Shown: one piece after another, positions 27,215 to 39,359 of the stretch
Layout of the letters: each line of letters begins with the position of its first letter
How positions within the stretch are numbered: the stretch's first letter is position 1
Program-made: the position numbers and the translations under genes
Notes under the pieces: generated by a model
The model's database searches: none
What the model saw: the letters and a program-made list of their open reading frames with translations, nothing else
What the model was told of the DNA's origin: nothing
NCBI GenBank assembly: GCA_035084275.1
Contig: CM068754.1
Location: 8,308,001-8,372,000, forward strand
DNA: 64,000 bases
Direction of reading: 5' to 3'
DNA from: Hydrolagus colliei
Taxonomy: Eukaryota

Positions 27215-30200
27215 CTGTCTGGTGTGGATTGGCCCTGCAGTCTTGAAGCCTCCCTGACAACTGCACTCTGAAACGCTGTAGGGGTCTGAGCTGCTCGAAG
27301 AACACTTGGAGAGGGAATCACATCCCACAACAAATGTGTTATCCAGCGGTAACTCTTGGATGACGTGATGCTTCTTCACCGGGACTGGAGTCTCTGGCTT
27401 GATCTGAAAGGTGGGCTGCGGAGAGGCTGACTTATAGTGTTTCGCTAGATCCGGGCTATCGGGCTTAAAAGTAGTGGGCGTCGTACCCCAATTATACTTC
27501 CCCACAGTTTGATCCTCGAGCTCCACGGGGAGATCCAAGGTACCGTTGATGTGCTCGTGCGAAGGGTCGTCTGGCTTTGACTCCTCAATGGTAACGAAAT
27601 TCAGAAGAAGGTTCTTTGGAGACCGCTTCTTCTTTCTTTTCTTTTTCTTGATCTGCCTGTTTTCCTGGTTAGGGGACACCCATTCACCACTCTGCTTGCC
27701 CTTCTGCACAGCTTTATGCCTCGGAGTGTGACGGCAGCGAACCAAAGCGGTTACAAAGATGACAAGAATGACCGTCATAGTGCCGGCTATGATGGCAATT
27801 ACGATCTTAATGTAATCATTGGTCTGCGGGGTCAACTCGTTGTCGCCCACATTCTTATCCAAGGGAGTCTCCATACTTTTCCGCACCAGGTCCTGGAGGT
27901 ATGTGAAATTGTTAATGCTCTCGTTCACAAATAAATGGACCATGGCCATGGCTTGCAAGGATTCAGGTTGGCCCAAATCGATGACTTTCACCACTAGTCT
28001 GTACAAACCATAGTCAGAGGAGGTCACCTTTTCTTGCAGAGTAATATTGCCATTCATTGGATCAATGGCAAACAGCCCTCTGGAATTTCCACTCACTATA
28101 CTGTAGCGAAGTTCCGCATTCATCCCAGTGTCATTGTCAATTGCAAAGACCTTTCCCACCACCGAACCAGGGTTGGCAGAAATGGACACCAGTTCATAAG
28201 AATAGTTGGATGGGGGGTAGACAAACACTGGGCTGTTGTCATTTACATCAACAACATTGATAGTCACCCTGGCTACTGAGAAACGTTGAGGCCTACCTCC
28301 ATCCACAGCCTTGACTTGAAACGTGTACGAACTTTGCTGTTCCCTGTCAAATGTAATATTGGGCTTGATGACCCCTGTGGATGGGTCAATTATAAAGTAG
28401 CCTTTATCGTTCACAATGGAAAGGCTGACAGCCGCGTTAGCTCCCGCGTCTGAATCCGTAACTGTGATTAGCCCCACCGTCCCATACATGGGCAGGTTTT
28501 CAGGCACGTAGAAATTGTACTCGCTGTGCGTGAACGAAGGGCTGTTGTCATTTTGATCCAACACAGTCAGCACCACGGTAGCATTGCTCTGAAGCAGAGG
28601 CTTGCCCCCATCCCTGGCCAGCACCGTAAAGGCATAGCGGCCCTGCTTCTCCCGGTCTAACCTCCTCACGGCCGACAGAATTCCTGTCCTGCGGTCCAGG
28701 TTAAAGATGGATGGGGTATCGGGACCCAGGAGATAGGTGATCTCTGCATTTTTCCCACTGTCTGCGTCAGTAGCAGTTATTTTTGTCAACTGAGTACCGG
28801 GCGCATTATTTTCAGGGATTGACAGCCCAATTACGGGCTGATTAAAAACGGGAGCGTTATCATTCTCGTCTTTCAGTTTAATCACCACGGTGGCCGATTG
28901 ATTCAAAGGTGGCTTCCCCGCATCCGAAGCCACAATCTTAATCACGTATTCTCTGGTGTTCTCGTAGTCCAGCGAGGCGGCCGTTTCCAGCAAGAACTGG
29001 TTGTCGAAGACGGGCTTCAGGCGAAACGGGACGTCGTGGTCGGTGAAGCAGGAGACTTTGCCGTTGAGATCGGCGTCCTGGTCGGTGACGGTGATGAGGG
29101 CGATCTTGGTGTTGAGCGGGGCGTTCTCCGACAGCAGGACCGTCCCGTTCACGGGGTTGACGATGTACCTGGTGTCGATGGAAGGCACGTTGTCGTTCAC
29201 GTCGGTGATGTTGACCGTCACCACGGCCCTGGACGGGGTGGAGCTGCCGTCGCTGGCCAGCACCGTCAGCTTGTGGACCGGGAACTCCTCGCGGTCCAGC
29301 GTCTGCCTGACGGTGACCAGCCCCGTGGCGTTGTCGATGGAGAAGAGCCTCCTGGCCAGGCCGGAGACCTGGTTACTGAAGGAGAAACGCACCACGGCGT
29401 TGGCGCCCAGATCGGCGTCGGTGGCGTGCAGCTGGGTGACGGACGTGCCGACCGGCACGTCCTCAGGGATGTGGACGTCGATCTCGTTCTCCTTGAACAC
29501 GGGCCGGTTGTCGTTGACGTCGGTGACAGTGATCTGGAGGATGGCGGTGCTGGACCGGGGTGGCAGCCCGCCGTCCTCCACCTTGATCTTCATCACGTAC
29601 GTGTCCTTCTGCTCGCGGTCCAGCTTCTGCTGGACAATCAGCTGAGGCCACTTGTCCCCCTCCGGCGTCTCGATGATGTCCAAGCCGAAGACGCTCTGCC
29701 CTTTCAGCAGCTCGTAGTGTTGGATCCCGTTGACTCCCACGTCGGGGTCCACGGCCGATGGGATGGAGTAACGCGAATTGACGGCCGTGTTCTCCGGGAT
29801 GGAGATGTTGATGACGGTGGACGGGAAGAGAGGGGCGTTGTCGTTGATGTCCTCGATCAGAAACCTCATCTTGACCAGCTGGAAGACCTCGTTGGGCAAC
29901 ACGGCCACCTCGACCTCGTAGAAGCAGCGGGTCTCGCTGTAGATTCCGGCGCAGAGTTTCTCGCGGTCGATCCTGTTGCCGGTGGTGAACAGCTCCCCCG
30001 TGTTGTCCTCCACCCGGATCAGAGGCTTGTCCCCCGTCTTGTAGACCAGCTTGAAGACCAGGGGCAGGTCCTGGACCTCGGTCAGGTTCAGATCCCGCAC
30101 CAAGTTGGCAATCAGGACATTTTCCGGCAATTCCTCTCTGACCGTGTAGTTCTTCTCCTGCCCGAAGCCCTGGGCTAAGATGCAGGCGATCACAGCCAGT

Positions 30201-30229
30201 GTCTGGCACATTGTAGCTGGTAACTCCAT
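27215..30229 (-). CDS. pcdh11: Protocadherin-11 (delta-1 protocadherin) large coding exon: signal peptide, 7 cadherin repeats, TM helix, proximal cytoplasmic tail
   Basis: Part of ORF 27197..30475(-). [23 protein letters not shown] is a signal peptide. It is followed by [30 protein letters not shown], repeated DRE/DxNDN Ca-binding motifs, [26 protein letters not shown], then [44 protein letters not shown] and [20 protein letters not shown]. These match recalled PCDH11X better than PCDH9. Ends HTRQ at donor CAG|GTAATG (GT 27214-27213). An alternative in-frame ATG is at 30256. Confidence 0.9.
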
Positions 30230-31017
30230 CCCCACAGCCTTCAGAAATGATCGCATCGCTCTCTCTTTCTCTCTCTGTCTGTCTGTCTCTGCCTCTCTCT
30301 CTCTGTCTCTCTCTCCTCTTCCCCCTCTTGTTTTTTTGTCCCCCTTTTTGTAAAGAAGAAAAAAAAACGGGCTGCTGATTAAACCAACTTCTTGAAAACA
30401 CTCAGATTCAATTTGTTTTTTTTCTCTCTCCCCTCCCCCCCCCCCCCCACATACACACACCTTATTTTCTCCCACTAAACAAACACAACAACCAAAAAAA
30501 AAGATATGGGTGGGTGGGGGTTAGGGGAGGGAGGGAGGGAGGGCAAAGAGAAGGAAAAAAACACACACAAAATCAAAATAAACTTAATGACAAAAGCTAT
30601 GTGTGTGTGTGTGTGGGGGGGGGGGAGGGGGGGGGAATATTGCTGTAAATTCGTGGCAAAATAAAATAACCCTGCAGTTTCACACACATACACACAACAC
30701 ACACACACACATACAAATCACTGCTGGCGGATCTTTTCGGCGAATTCACAAATGATTTCCATTCAGACTTTATTACGGAGCCATTTACCAAATTGTCCGG
30801 CACTTTGGAAAGAATCCACCGGAAAGCAACACCTATTTCTGTTTTTCTCGCTCTTTGAANNNNNNNNNNNNNNNNNNNNNNNNNNNNNNNNNNNNNNNNN
30901 NNNNNNNNNNNNNNNNNNNNNNNNNNNNNNNNNNNNNNNNNNNNNNNNNNNNNNNNNNNNNNNNNNNNNNNNNNNNNNNNNNNNNNNNNNNNNNNNNNNN
31001 NNNNNNNNNNNCATCAC

Positions 31018-31096
31018 CTGCCAAGCCAGCAAGATTTAGACATCAGCCGACTGAACTATGCAGAAATCCTGGGATCCGCCAGCAGTTTGAACACAT
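31018..31096 (-). other. Candidate 79-nt 5'UTR exon of pcdh11
   Basis: Minus strand CCTTCCCTAG|ATGTG...TTGGCAG|GTGATG, a non-repetitive island between microsatellites. Polypyrimidine tract is weak. Confidence 0.25.
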
Positions 31097-31509
31097 CTAG
31101 GGAAGGATCTGTGCGTCTGTCTGATGATGGCAGTGAGAGTGAGTGTGTGTGAGTGTGTGTGTCGAGGCTCAACGTTCAATGTTTTTTTTTGGGGGGGGGG
31201 GGGACAAATCAGTGCGTGTGTTAATGCAGACACATACACTGCACACATACACACGTACAGACAGACATACAGACAGACAGACAGACGCACTGACAGAGAC
31301 AGACAGAGAGAGAGAAAAACACAACGTCCATCCCATCCCATTCCCACTTCTGTCTTCAGTGACTCCCCCACACCCCCCCCACACACACACACACTCCCCA
31401 CACTCCCCACACTCCTCACACTCCCCACCCTTCACTCCCTTCGCAGAAAATAAACTACATCTTTCAATTTCAATTTTTTTTTCTTGCTCACCTTTCGACT
31501 TCTTCTCGC

Positions 31510-31700
31510 GGGGGGGGGGGGGGGGGGGGAGAGAGAGAGAGAGGGAGAGAGGGGAGAGGGGAGAGGAGGGGAGAGAAGAAGAAGAAGAAGAAAAACAGTG
31601 AGTAGAGAGAGAGAGAGAGAGACAGAGGGAGGGAGGGGAGGGAGTGGGTGAGGGAGGGAAGGAGTGGGTGAGGGAGGGAGGGAGGGGAGAGGAGGGTAAG
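31510..31700. repeat. Poly-G/(GA)n/(GAA)n/(GGGA)n purine tract
   Basis: Direct inspection. About 190 bp of almost pure purine on the plus strand. Confidence 0.9.
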
Positions 31701-32965
31701 AAAGAAACACACAAAAAAAGAAACGAATGAAACAAGAAATTCTCTAACCCCCCCACCCCCAAAAAAATATATATCCTCGATTGAGCGATTTCAAAGGCAG
31801 TCAGTCCCCAGCCAGCTAGTCAGTCAGTCAGTCAGGCGATGTGTGTTAAGAGAGTAGTGATGAAACATGCTCTGGTTAGAAGTCGGCNNNNNNNNNNNNN
31901 NNNNNNNNNNNNNNNNNNNNNNNNNNNNNNNNNNNNNNNNNNNNNNNNNNNNNNNNNNNNNNNNNNNNNNNNNNNNNNNNNNNNNNNNNNNNNNNNNNNN
32001 NNNNNNNNNNNNNNNNNNNNNNNNNNNNNNNNNNNNNNNNNNNNNNNNNNNNNNNNNNNNNGAGACGCTGCTGCCTCCCCCCCCCCCCCCCCCCCAAATC
32101 CTTGTCCCCCCCCCCCCCCCCCCCTCTCTCTCTCTGAACGCGAAGCTGATAGCGCAGCGGGCTGCTGATGGACGAGCCGGTCCAGCCTATCAACAGCCAC
32201 TCTCACCAGCCTCCACAGGGACAAACACCGCCCCAAAAAGTTTGGCTTTGGCTGTTCATGTTCCTGACGCTCAANNNNNNNNNNNNNNNNNNNNNNNNNN
32301 NNNNNNNNNNNNNNNNNNNNNNNNNNNNNNNNNNNNNNNNNNNNNNNNNNNNNNNNNNNNNNNNNNNNNNNNNNNNNNNNNNNNNNNNNNNNNNNNNNNN
32401 NNNNNNNNNNCCTTTCCTTTTACACTCACCGACTCGCTCGCCCACCCAAAAAGCCCTGGTCTTCGGCAGATCCAGGAGTAGACACCGAGCGAGCAGTTGG
32501 AGGTGTCACTGCGGCTTTGCCCACAGCTCAGTTTATCCCAGCGCATCACACAGCGAAACCTCAGACCCGGGCGGCTCTTTTCTGCGTGTTTTCTCTCTCT
32601 CTCTCTCTGTGTGTCTGTGTGTGTCTCAATATTAATAAGTCGCCCTCTGTGTGTGCAGATCTCCGAATAATATTTTCTTCACCCCCCCCCCAAAATCAAA
32701 CTTGCCGGTCATAAAATGCATTTTCCAATAGCGATTTTTTTAAAAAAAAACAAAATGATCGCAGCTGCCTCCCCCCCCACTGTGTCAAACGCGAGGATTA
32801 TTGTTGTTATAAAGTTTACAGTTTCTCAAGCTTTTTTAAAAAAAAATCCTCAATTCGTGTTTTATTTTTAAAAAATCTGCTTCGCAGAGGTGCAGACACC
32901 CGACAGATAAATGCAGACGTTCAGTGCATTAAACGTCTCAAAACGTGTTTATATATTTTTTATAG

Positions 32966-32997
<32 letters not shown>

Positions 32998-33669
32998 TTT
33001 CCTTGCACTGGAAAGGTTGAGCTGAGAAAACTGATCGTTCCGGATTGGAGTGAGACAAAGACAAGAAACCAGGTTTGAGGAAGGGCTGAGAGTGTGAGAC
33101 CCTCTCTCCCTCCCTCCCTGCCTCTCAACCGCAGTTAATGGCTCGTTCAAGCGAGTGAACGTGCCGGAAAGAGGAGGCAGTTGTACAAAGGTGATCAGTC
33201 CAAAGAGGGAGATAGATACCCAGGCATTAGGAAGCAGAGGTCGTTAAAAAGAGAGAGAGAGAGAGAGATAGGGATGAAAGGATTACAGAGGTACACACTC
33301 AAGAAAGAGCTCAGAAAACACACTGTAACACGAGCAGTTTTCTTTCGGTCAGCCTGGTGTCTTAACACATGATAGTGATTTAACCCATCACTGCCCTTTA
33401 AAGAGCATTTCATCACACCACCAAATGCATACTTATTATCTGCCATGATCTACCCATAAGGTGAAGTTAACAATAGCCGCTGTCTCCCTGTGTGGCAGAT
33501 GCGAGAGGCTCCACATCCGATTTTACTCGCGCAATCACCTGCGTATTTCAAATTATTTTGAACGATTAAGTTTTGCGCGTCTAGAGCAGAACATCACACC
33601 GGGCGGAGTCTCGGGGCGTTTGACCCCCATCCCGGGGGGGGGGGGGGGGGGGGGGGCGTAGGGAGGAGG

Positions 33670-33848
33670 GCAAAGACCGTAAACATTAAAGACCGTAAAA
33701 CCGTAAGCAGGCAACGAGGAAAGTTTTCAGTTCATGATCGAAAAGAGCGAGGGGGAGAGCGCGGGTAGTTTGGCCCCCGTCTGGGAATCGAACCTGGATC
33801 CTCTCCCTTTGCAAGGCGAGCGGTCGACACAACACGCCACCAAACGCC
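33670..33848 (-). mobile_element. Short tRNA-derived element of a different family (tRNA-like head plus tandem tail)
   Basis: Minus 33848-33771 GGCGTTTGGTGGCG...CGCCTTGCAAAGG...CCAGGTTCGATTCCC...GGGCCA has a B box and a TGC anticodon-like loop, but broken stems. Tail repeats ttacggt(c)ttt. Confidence 0.5.
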
Positions 33849-36729
33849 GCACAGAGAATCTGCAGCATTTCCTCGATTTTCAGAGGGTATATTAAATGCA
33901 GTATTTAGTGGGGGAGTGGATCATGTGATTCCCGAATCTATAGTGAACAGTTGCCCTCCGTAAAATGTTTCTGCAATCTCATTGTGTGATCTCGGTGAGA
34001 CTGACGTATCGCCCTGAACGCCTTACTCCGAGATGAGCAGTGAACACCGGGCTGAACCTCACCAACCAGGCCCTTCAATAAAGAGAAACATTGACGGGTT
34101 GTACGGATCCCATTGCGGACACTGTGGTTATGACTGAGAAGGGTCAGTGGAGCAAACACTATTCAACCTACCCAGACTGTGTAGTCAGATCAAGTGGTGC
34201 TTGTGCTTGATAAATAAAATGACAGGCTTTATGCCCAAATTACATCAACCATAAATTAGATATATGAATCGTAGTAAAGTATCTCGGCCCCAAAGGACAT
34301 CAGCTCAGAAAGTAGGCGATGTCAAGTTGAATCGCAGGAGCTCATTAGTCAGCTCATATTTAAAATCAGTGGCCAGGAAATAAGATCTCGCCATAGGAAT
34401 ATTAAAGCAGTTGAGATTCCTGAATGTGAAGGAAAACATGATCTAAAAATGGTATCTCTTCGAATCAAACTGCAATTTCTAAGAACATCCTTATGTGGCT
34501 GTTTTTTTTTAGTTTTGACAATCGATACAGCTAATTCATTCTGGAGACATGGAATCCTGCAGTCAGATTTACAACCAAATCATTAATTATCATAAAAAGA
34601 AAAAAACCACTGTGGAATCTATCTTAATATCAAGGGCGGGTTTTATTCGAGAGCGTGTATTATCTGGTGTGAGCGGGATGGGGAATAACGGGAAGATTGT
34701 TAAACACACGGTAAAGTTTTTACATGGGAAATGTCTAACCTAGGAACGAAAGTTGGATCTCTGCCAAACATTTCAGTTCGGGCCCATCACAAGGGACTTA
34801 TCCACCAGCTTCCCCAGTTCTTTCAGACTGAAGCGGGCTGTGACCATGCAAAAATCGGGCGGTTAAGTTAAACTCAAAGCACAGTGATCATTATGTTGCC
34901 CAGACATGAAGACAAATAATTTTGGACATGTCTCATTGCAGAGGAGAGAATTGCAGCCGAATGGAAAAGAATGAGGTTCTTTCAGGGAATCGGTGCAGAG
35001 TTTACAAAGTCATGAGATGACGAGGAGAAAGCAGGGGGGCGGGGGGGGGGGGGGGGGAAAGGGAGAAGCAATCCCATGATACATGTTTACAGTATACAAT
35101 CTACAGAGGCTCATTGTGAAGAAGGATAGCTCACCATTACACACTGCACATGAGTGTTCTTTCACAAGCATATGGTTATTTTTTTTTGGGGGGGTGGGCA
35201 GGGAAGGTCACCCATGTGAGTTATTGTCGAACTATAGCTAACACAAACGACCGTAGAACTATTCCCATTTTTCTCGTGCAAAGTCACTGCGTTTCACAAT
35301 AACTATTATGAGGGTGCTGTAAAATGCATGTTTTCTTTCATTCATTTAGCAATTATGTCAACTGTCCTTATTGCTTGGTATACAACAGTCAATGGAGTAA
35401 GACTCGACGGTTTTAACCACGTAATTGTTCGATCAATTATTTCAGTGCTTATTTTCAAACATTCGAGGCAGCCTCCTCTCAAGTATCCGCAACAACAAAA
35501 TGACACTTGCATAGCGTCTTTCACGTCAGGAGGGTGTCCCATGGCGCTGAATCAGTTTGCAACAACAGCAAATGACATTTGTCTAGAGCCTTCCACGTCA
35601 GGAGGATTTCCCAAAGCACCGGACAGTCAGGGATCCGCAGAAGTGCGTGGCGTTTCAGTAATATTTTTTTAAAAAACAGTTGATGGAACTCAAGTGATAC
35701 AGTCCAGGAGTTACAGGTTTCAGGGTAACAACATTCCACCCACTCACCCAGGGAGACGGAACGCAATGCCCTCAGTGCTCTCCCAGGTAAGGAAACTTTC
35801 AAATAATGAGTGATTAACATAACTGAATTATATATGAACGGTAAATGAACAAGTGCTGCTTCAATTATGCAGAGGAGTTTCTTGCCATCGTAATGAGTGA
35901 TCCGATGTGATCGCAGCCAGCCACCAAGCCACTGTGAAAGCCACATGAATCAAAGCACTTCTCTGCAAAATCTAGTTTTCGCTCTCCTCTTTGGCCTCTT
36001 CTCGTAGAGTTCCTTCATTTATTGTGCTTTAATGGTAGTTTAATGGTTTGCCTTCTGTCACATTAGATTATGTATCCAACGCATGATGTCTTCGTTTGTA
36101 TATTTTTTGTCCTTGTGGAGAATATTTATTGATCCCACCCCTGGTTTTAGTCCAATTCAGATGGCCGGACACGGTGAGAGGTGCAAGAGAAACGCCACCT
36201 CCTTTTGAAGTATCGAAAAGTTTCATAATGCGATCACAATTTAAACTCGGTGGGAAAAAGAGAAGCGTTGCTCGAGCTAAACAAAACAGATTATTTGATT
36301 CGGAATTTTTTTTTAAAAGGATAATCCATCAAGAAATCAAAATACTTTTATGGTTGAATGTAGCCTTTTTTAGAGGTGATAAAAAAAAATGACTTTCACA
36401 ATTTATGCCTGAGATCACATTTCATCCCTGACTTGGTTTGGCTTGGGTCCACTTTACTGCACAATTTACTGATGCCCTGTTAGCACAGTAGTGTCACTAT
36501 CAATGGTTGTGTTCAGTTATAAATAGTTTGTGGTTTCCTGATTGATTGTCTTGTTAAATGACTTCCCCATCAAAATATCCAGTTTATTCCAGCTGTATAA
36601 TGCCAGATAATGTTGCCGATTCAGATTAAATGTTCAATGTTTAGTTTTTTTTAATACTTAATTGTAGAATAATATGTTAACCTTCATAGCACTTTCTGTC
36701 ATTTTCAATCAGCAGTCCTAATGGAATAT

Positions 36730-36890
36730 AAATAATAATCATTGCATTTGATATGGTGCTTTTCATGTCTTCCAGACGTCTCAAAGCGCTTCACAGAATA
36801 TACTGTAAAGCACTGTACTGTACGTATGTGGGTGAAACGTGGCAGCCAATCGCGCACAGCAGTGTCACACAAACAGTTGTGGATTGAAAA
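36730..36890 (-). mobile_element. Same tRNA-SINE family, 3' fragment
   Basis: gacgtctcaaagcgcttcacagaatatactgtaaag...cacaaacagttgtggattgaa. Confidence 0.8.
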
Positions 36891-37943
36891 TATTCAGTAT
36901 CTCACTTGATTCAAACATTTTCTTAAGGGACTCTTTGTGATTTTCATATTTCACATCTATATTGAAGTCAGAATTAAGGAAATAAAGTAAGTTTCACTAT
37001 AAAGTGTAGAAGTACCAGCAGTGCCATCAAAAGGTTCACTCACACGATTGAAACGTGAAATGTGCCAATTTAGGGCAGAGGGTTTACAATTTAGGGCAGA
37101 AGGTTTACAGCATCTGCATTCATGATGAGAGCATCTCTTGATTCAATTCACAGTGTGAAAATCAAGTACATTCTCTAGCTATATTGTACCAGATATGGAA
37201 GATAGAAATTCACAGGGAAACATAAGCACAAAATAATGACAGAAAAATATCGCTGATTATTTGCAGGAAGATTTTCAATTAAGAAGGTGTTCTGTTGCCA
37301 TCTCAAGAGCTCACTCAATAACAGAATCCCAGTGTACAGTATGTGCATTTTTAGTTTATTTTATTTATAGTTTTATGGGAAGGTACAAGATGTGTGAGTT
37401 GATGAATGGAACAAACATCTGTCTGGGCACTCAATGTCAGCACCAAGCACCTTCAGCTGAAATATACCAGCAATCAGACGCAGAGTGAAGATCCTTTTAT
37501 TTCTGCAACAACAAACAGTTTGGCTTCTAAAGTCTTGTCTTCCTCTCAAAATCCGAAGCCTTTAAAACCTGAACTTGGCTCCGTCTAACTACCACTTCTT
37601 ATTTTGTCTTGTCCTCTGTCCTATTCTTTTCGACCTTGGTGTCATCCTGAACTTGGCCTTGGCCCGTTCACCTGGATCTCTCAGCTGAAAAACAATGTGC
37701 CTGAACCCTACTCTCAGAGGAGGCCCCCTGCTGCACCATGGTGAACTTCTCCATTTCCCTGACCAGTCATCCATATGGCCTAAATAATTCAAATGCACTA
37801 CGTCAATTGCAGTGAATGTTAAGCAGTCTGTGCTGTGGACAACTTGGTTGAGGTTTCGCAAACTTTGTATCGCACAGCACGGTTACAACTAATACAACAT
37901 TTAAGGGGACAGTTCTGTTCGATTTACTCAAATCACTCATTCT

Positions 37944-38257
37944 GGAGTCCTGTAGCTCAGCGGTTAGAGCACTCGCCTTACAAGAGAGAGACCTAGGTTC
38001 GATTCCAGGCAGTTGTGAAACCTTGGGCAAGTTTCCTTACTCCACAACCCTGATAATAATCCCTCAAAAAAACAACTATAATAAAATTGGACATTTCAAT
38101 CCACGACTGTTTGTAGGACACTTCTGTGTGTAATTGGTTGCCACGTTTTGCCCACAAATATAGTCAATTCACTTTACAGTATATTCTGTGAAGTGCTTTG
38201 AGACATCTAGAAGATGTGAAAAGCACTACAGTACATTGAATGCAAGGATTATTATTG
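37944..38257 (+). mobile_element. tRNA-derived SINE, full length (tRNA head, Deu-like core, L2-type tail)
   Basis: A box gtagctcagcggtt, B box ggttcgattcc, tail gtgaagtgctttgagac...gcaaggattattatt. Many homologous copies in the window. Confidence 0.9.
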
Positions 38258-38802
38258 TGTTATATAGAAATACATCTGTGACCACACTACAGCCTGTTAT
38301 CAAGTGACAGAGGACACACTTGATCACTGTCCATCGTTCAGCCCTGACCGGCCTTTACATTTCAAACTCCCTGAATGTCCAGGATTTTTGCATCACATAG
38401 CATGTATTTGTGTGTAAACACCATATGTTCTATGTAACATATACACTCCTTGTGTTTTGGGATCACTTTCTTGATTACAGTCAAGCTCATTCCTGTTTGC
38501 ATCTTACATCCGCACAAGTGCACCTTTTAATAAGAGTAGGAAGACTGGTTAAAAATTCCCTTCACTAGCCCATGAATAATAATCTTGCTGTAGAGCCAAT
38601 GATTGCTAACTCATCACAATTCTGATCACTGTGGTTTCATTCAACACTCACTGTGCCTTTATCTATTATCTAACAACATCAACAACAACCATTTGTATTT
38701 ATATAGCGCCCTTCACGCTGGACAGCATCTCCGGAGTGCGAACAAGCCATCGGAGGAACTGTGTTGACACATTAAAATCATGAAATGAGCCATAGATTTT
38801 GT

Positions 38803-39068
38803 GAGTCCTGTAGCTCAGTAGTTAGAGCATTTGCCTCGCAAGTGAGAGACCTGGGTTTTCTACTCTACATGCCTGATAATAATTCCTGAAGGAAAATATA
38901 CAAAAATTTGTCACTTCAATTGACGAGTGTTTATGAGACATTGCTGTGCCCAAATAGCTGCCATGTTTCGCCCACAAATATATAATCAATTTACTTTACA
39001 GTATATTCTGTGAAGTAGAGATGTTTCAAGACATGGAAAGGGCTATGTTAAATTCAAGGATTATTATT
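38803..39068 (+). mobile_element. Same tRNA-SINE family, deletion in head
   Basis: gagtcctgtagctcagtagttagagc ... caaggattattatt. Confidence 0.85.
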
Positions 39069-39359
39069 AATATTAAACCCGCAGGGGAAAGAGCAGAAGA
39101 AAAGCCACATTCATTTACCATTTAAACTGTACTTATAGAACGAAGCAGTGACTCTACCAATGGGAGCTTCACATTTAGAGAAATTTCGAAATTTGTAGAG
39201 TTCATTGTGACAAGCAGATGCCAAATCACTCATTTCTAGTAACCTGGTTCTGGTTTACTGCAATAAACACGATATGAGTGAAGCAGCAGCTTATGTTTCA
39301 GTGATTCACAACTGATGCTATGGAATTCGGAGATGGCTGAAGCCTGTACAGAAGTTGCC

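Larger units (their letters stand above)
30260..33900 (-). promoter_or_regulatory. Probable pcdh11 promoter/5'UTR region (CpG-rich, microsatellites, three assembly gaps)
   Basis: CpG density is far above the flanks. Poly-G/C runs and (GA)n, (CA)n, (GTCA)n tracts are present. A strong minus-strand donor AAG|GTGAGC lies at 31492/31491. Directly upstream of the coding exon. Confidence 0.6.

Noticed and set aside
28898-30178. 426 aa plus-strand ORF, plus overlapping 214 aa (+) and 312 aa (-) ORFs
   Set aside because: Shadow frames of the GC3-rich protocadherin exon. No recognisable domain, and they end where the GC bias ends.
27215-30229. Calling the gene PCDH9 or a clustered protocadherin
   Set aside because: Seven EC repeats and a delta-1 cytoplasmic sequence exclude clustered Pcdhs. 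Most diagnostic residues favour PCDH11, though a tree is needed to be certain.
30257-30475. N-terminal extension of the 1092 aa ORF (MGENKVCVC...)
   Set aside because: Non-ATG start and translation of poly-G/(GA)n microsatellites upstream of the signal peptide.
31036-32635. Cluster of 100-200 aa ORFs
   Set aside because: Low-complexity repeats and N gaps, not coding.
33771-33848. Functional tRNA-Ala(TGC) gene
   Set aside because: Acceptor, D and T stems are mismatched and there is no immediate poly-T terminator. Treated as a tRNA-derived element. The heads at 9759, 37944 and 63160-63236 are likewise SINE heads.
37066-37109. 21 bp tandem duplication (and an 18 bp one at 15244-15279) as CRISPR-like repeats
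   Set aside because: Only two adjacent units with no spacers, in a vertebrate genome. Ordinary slippage duplications.
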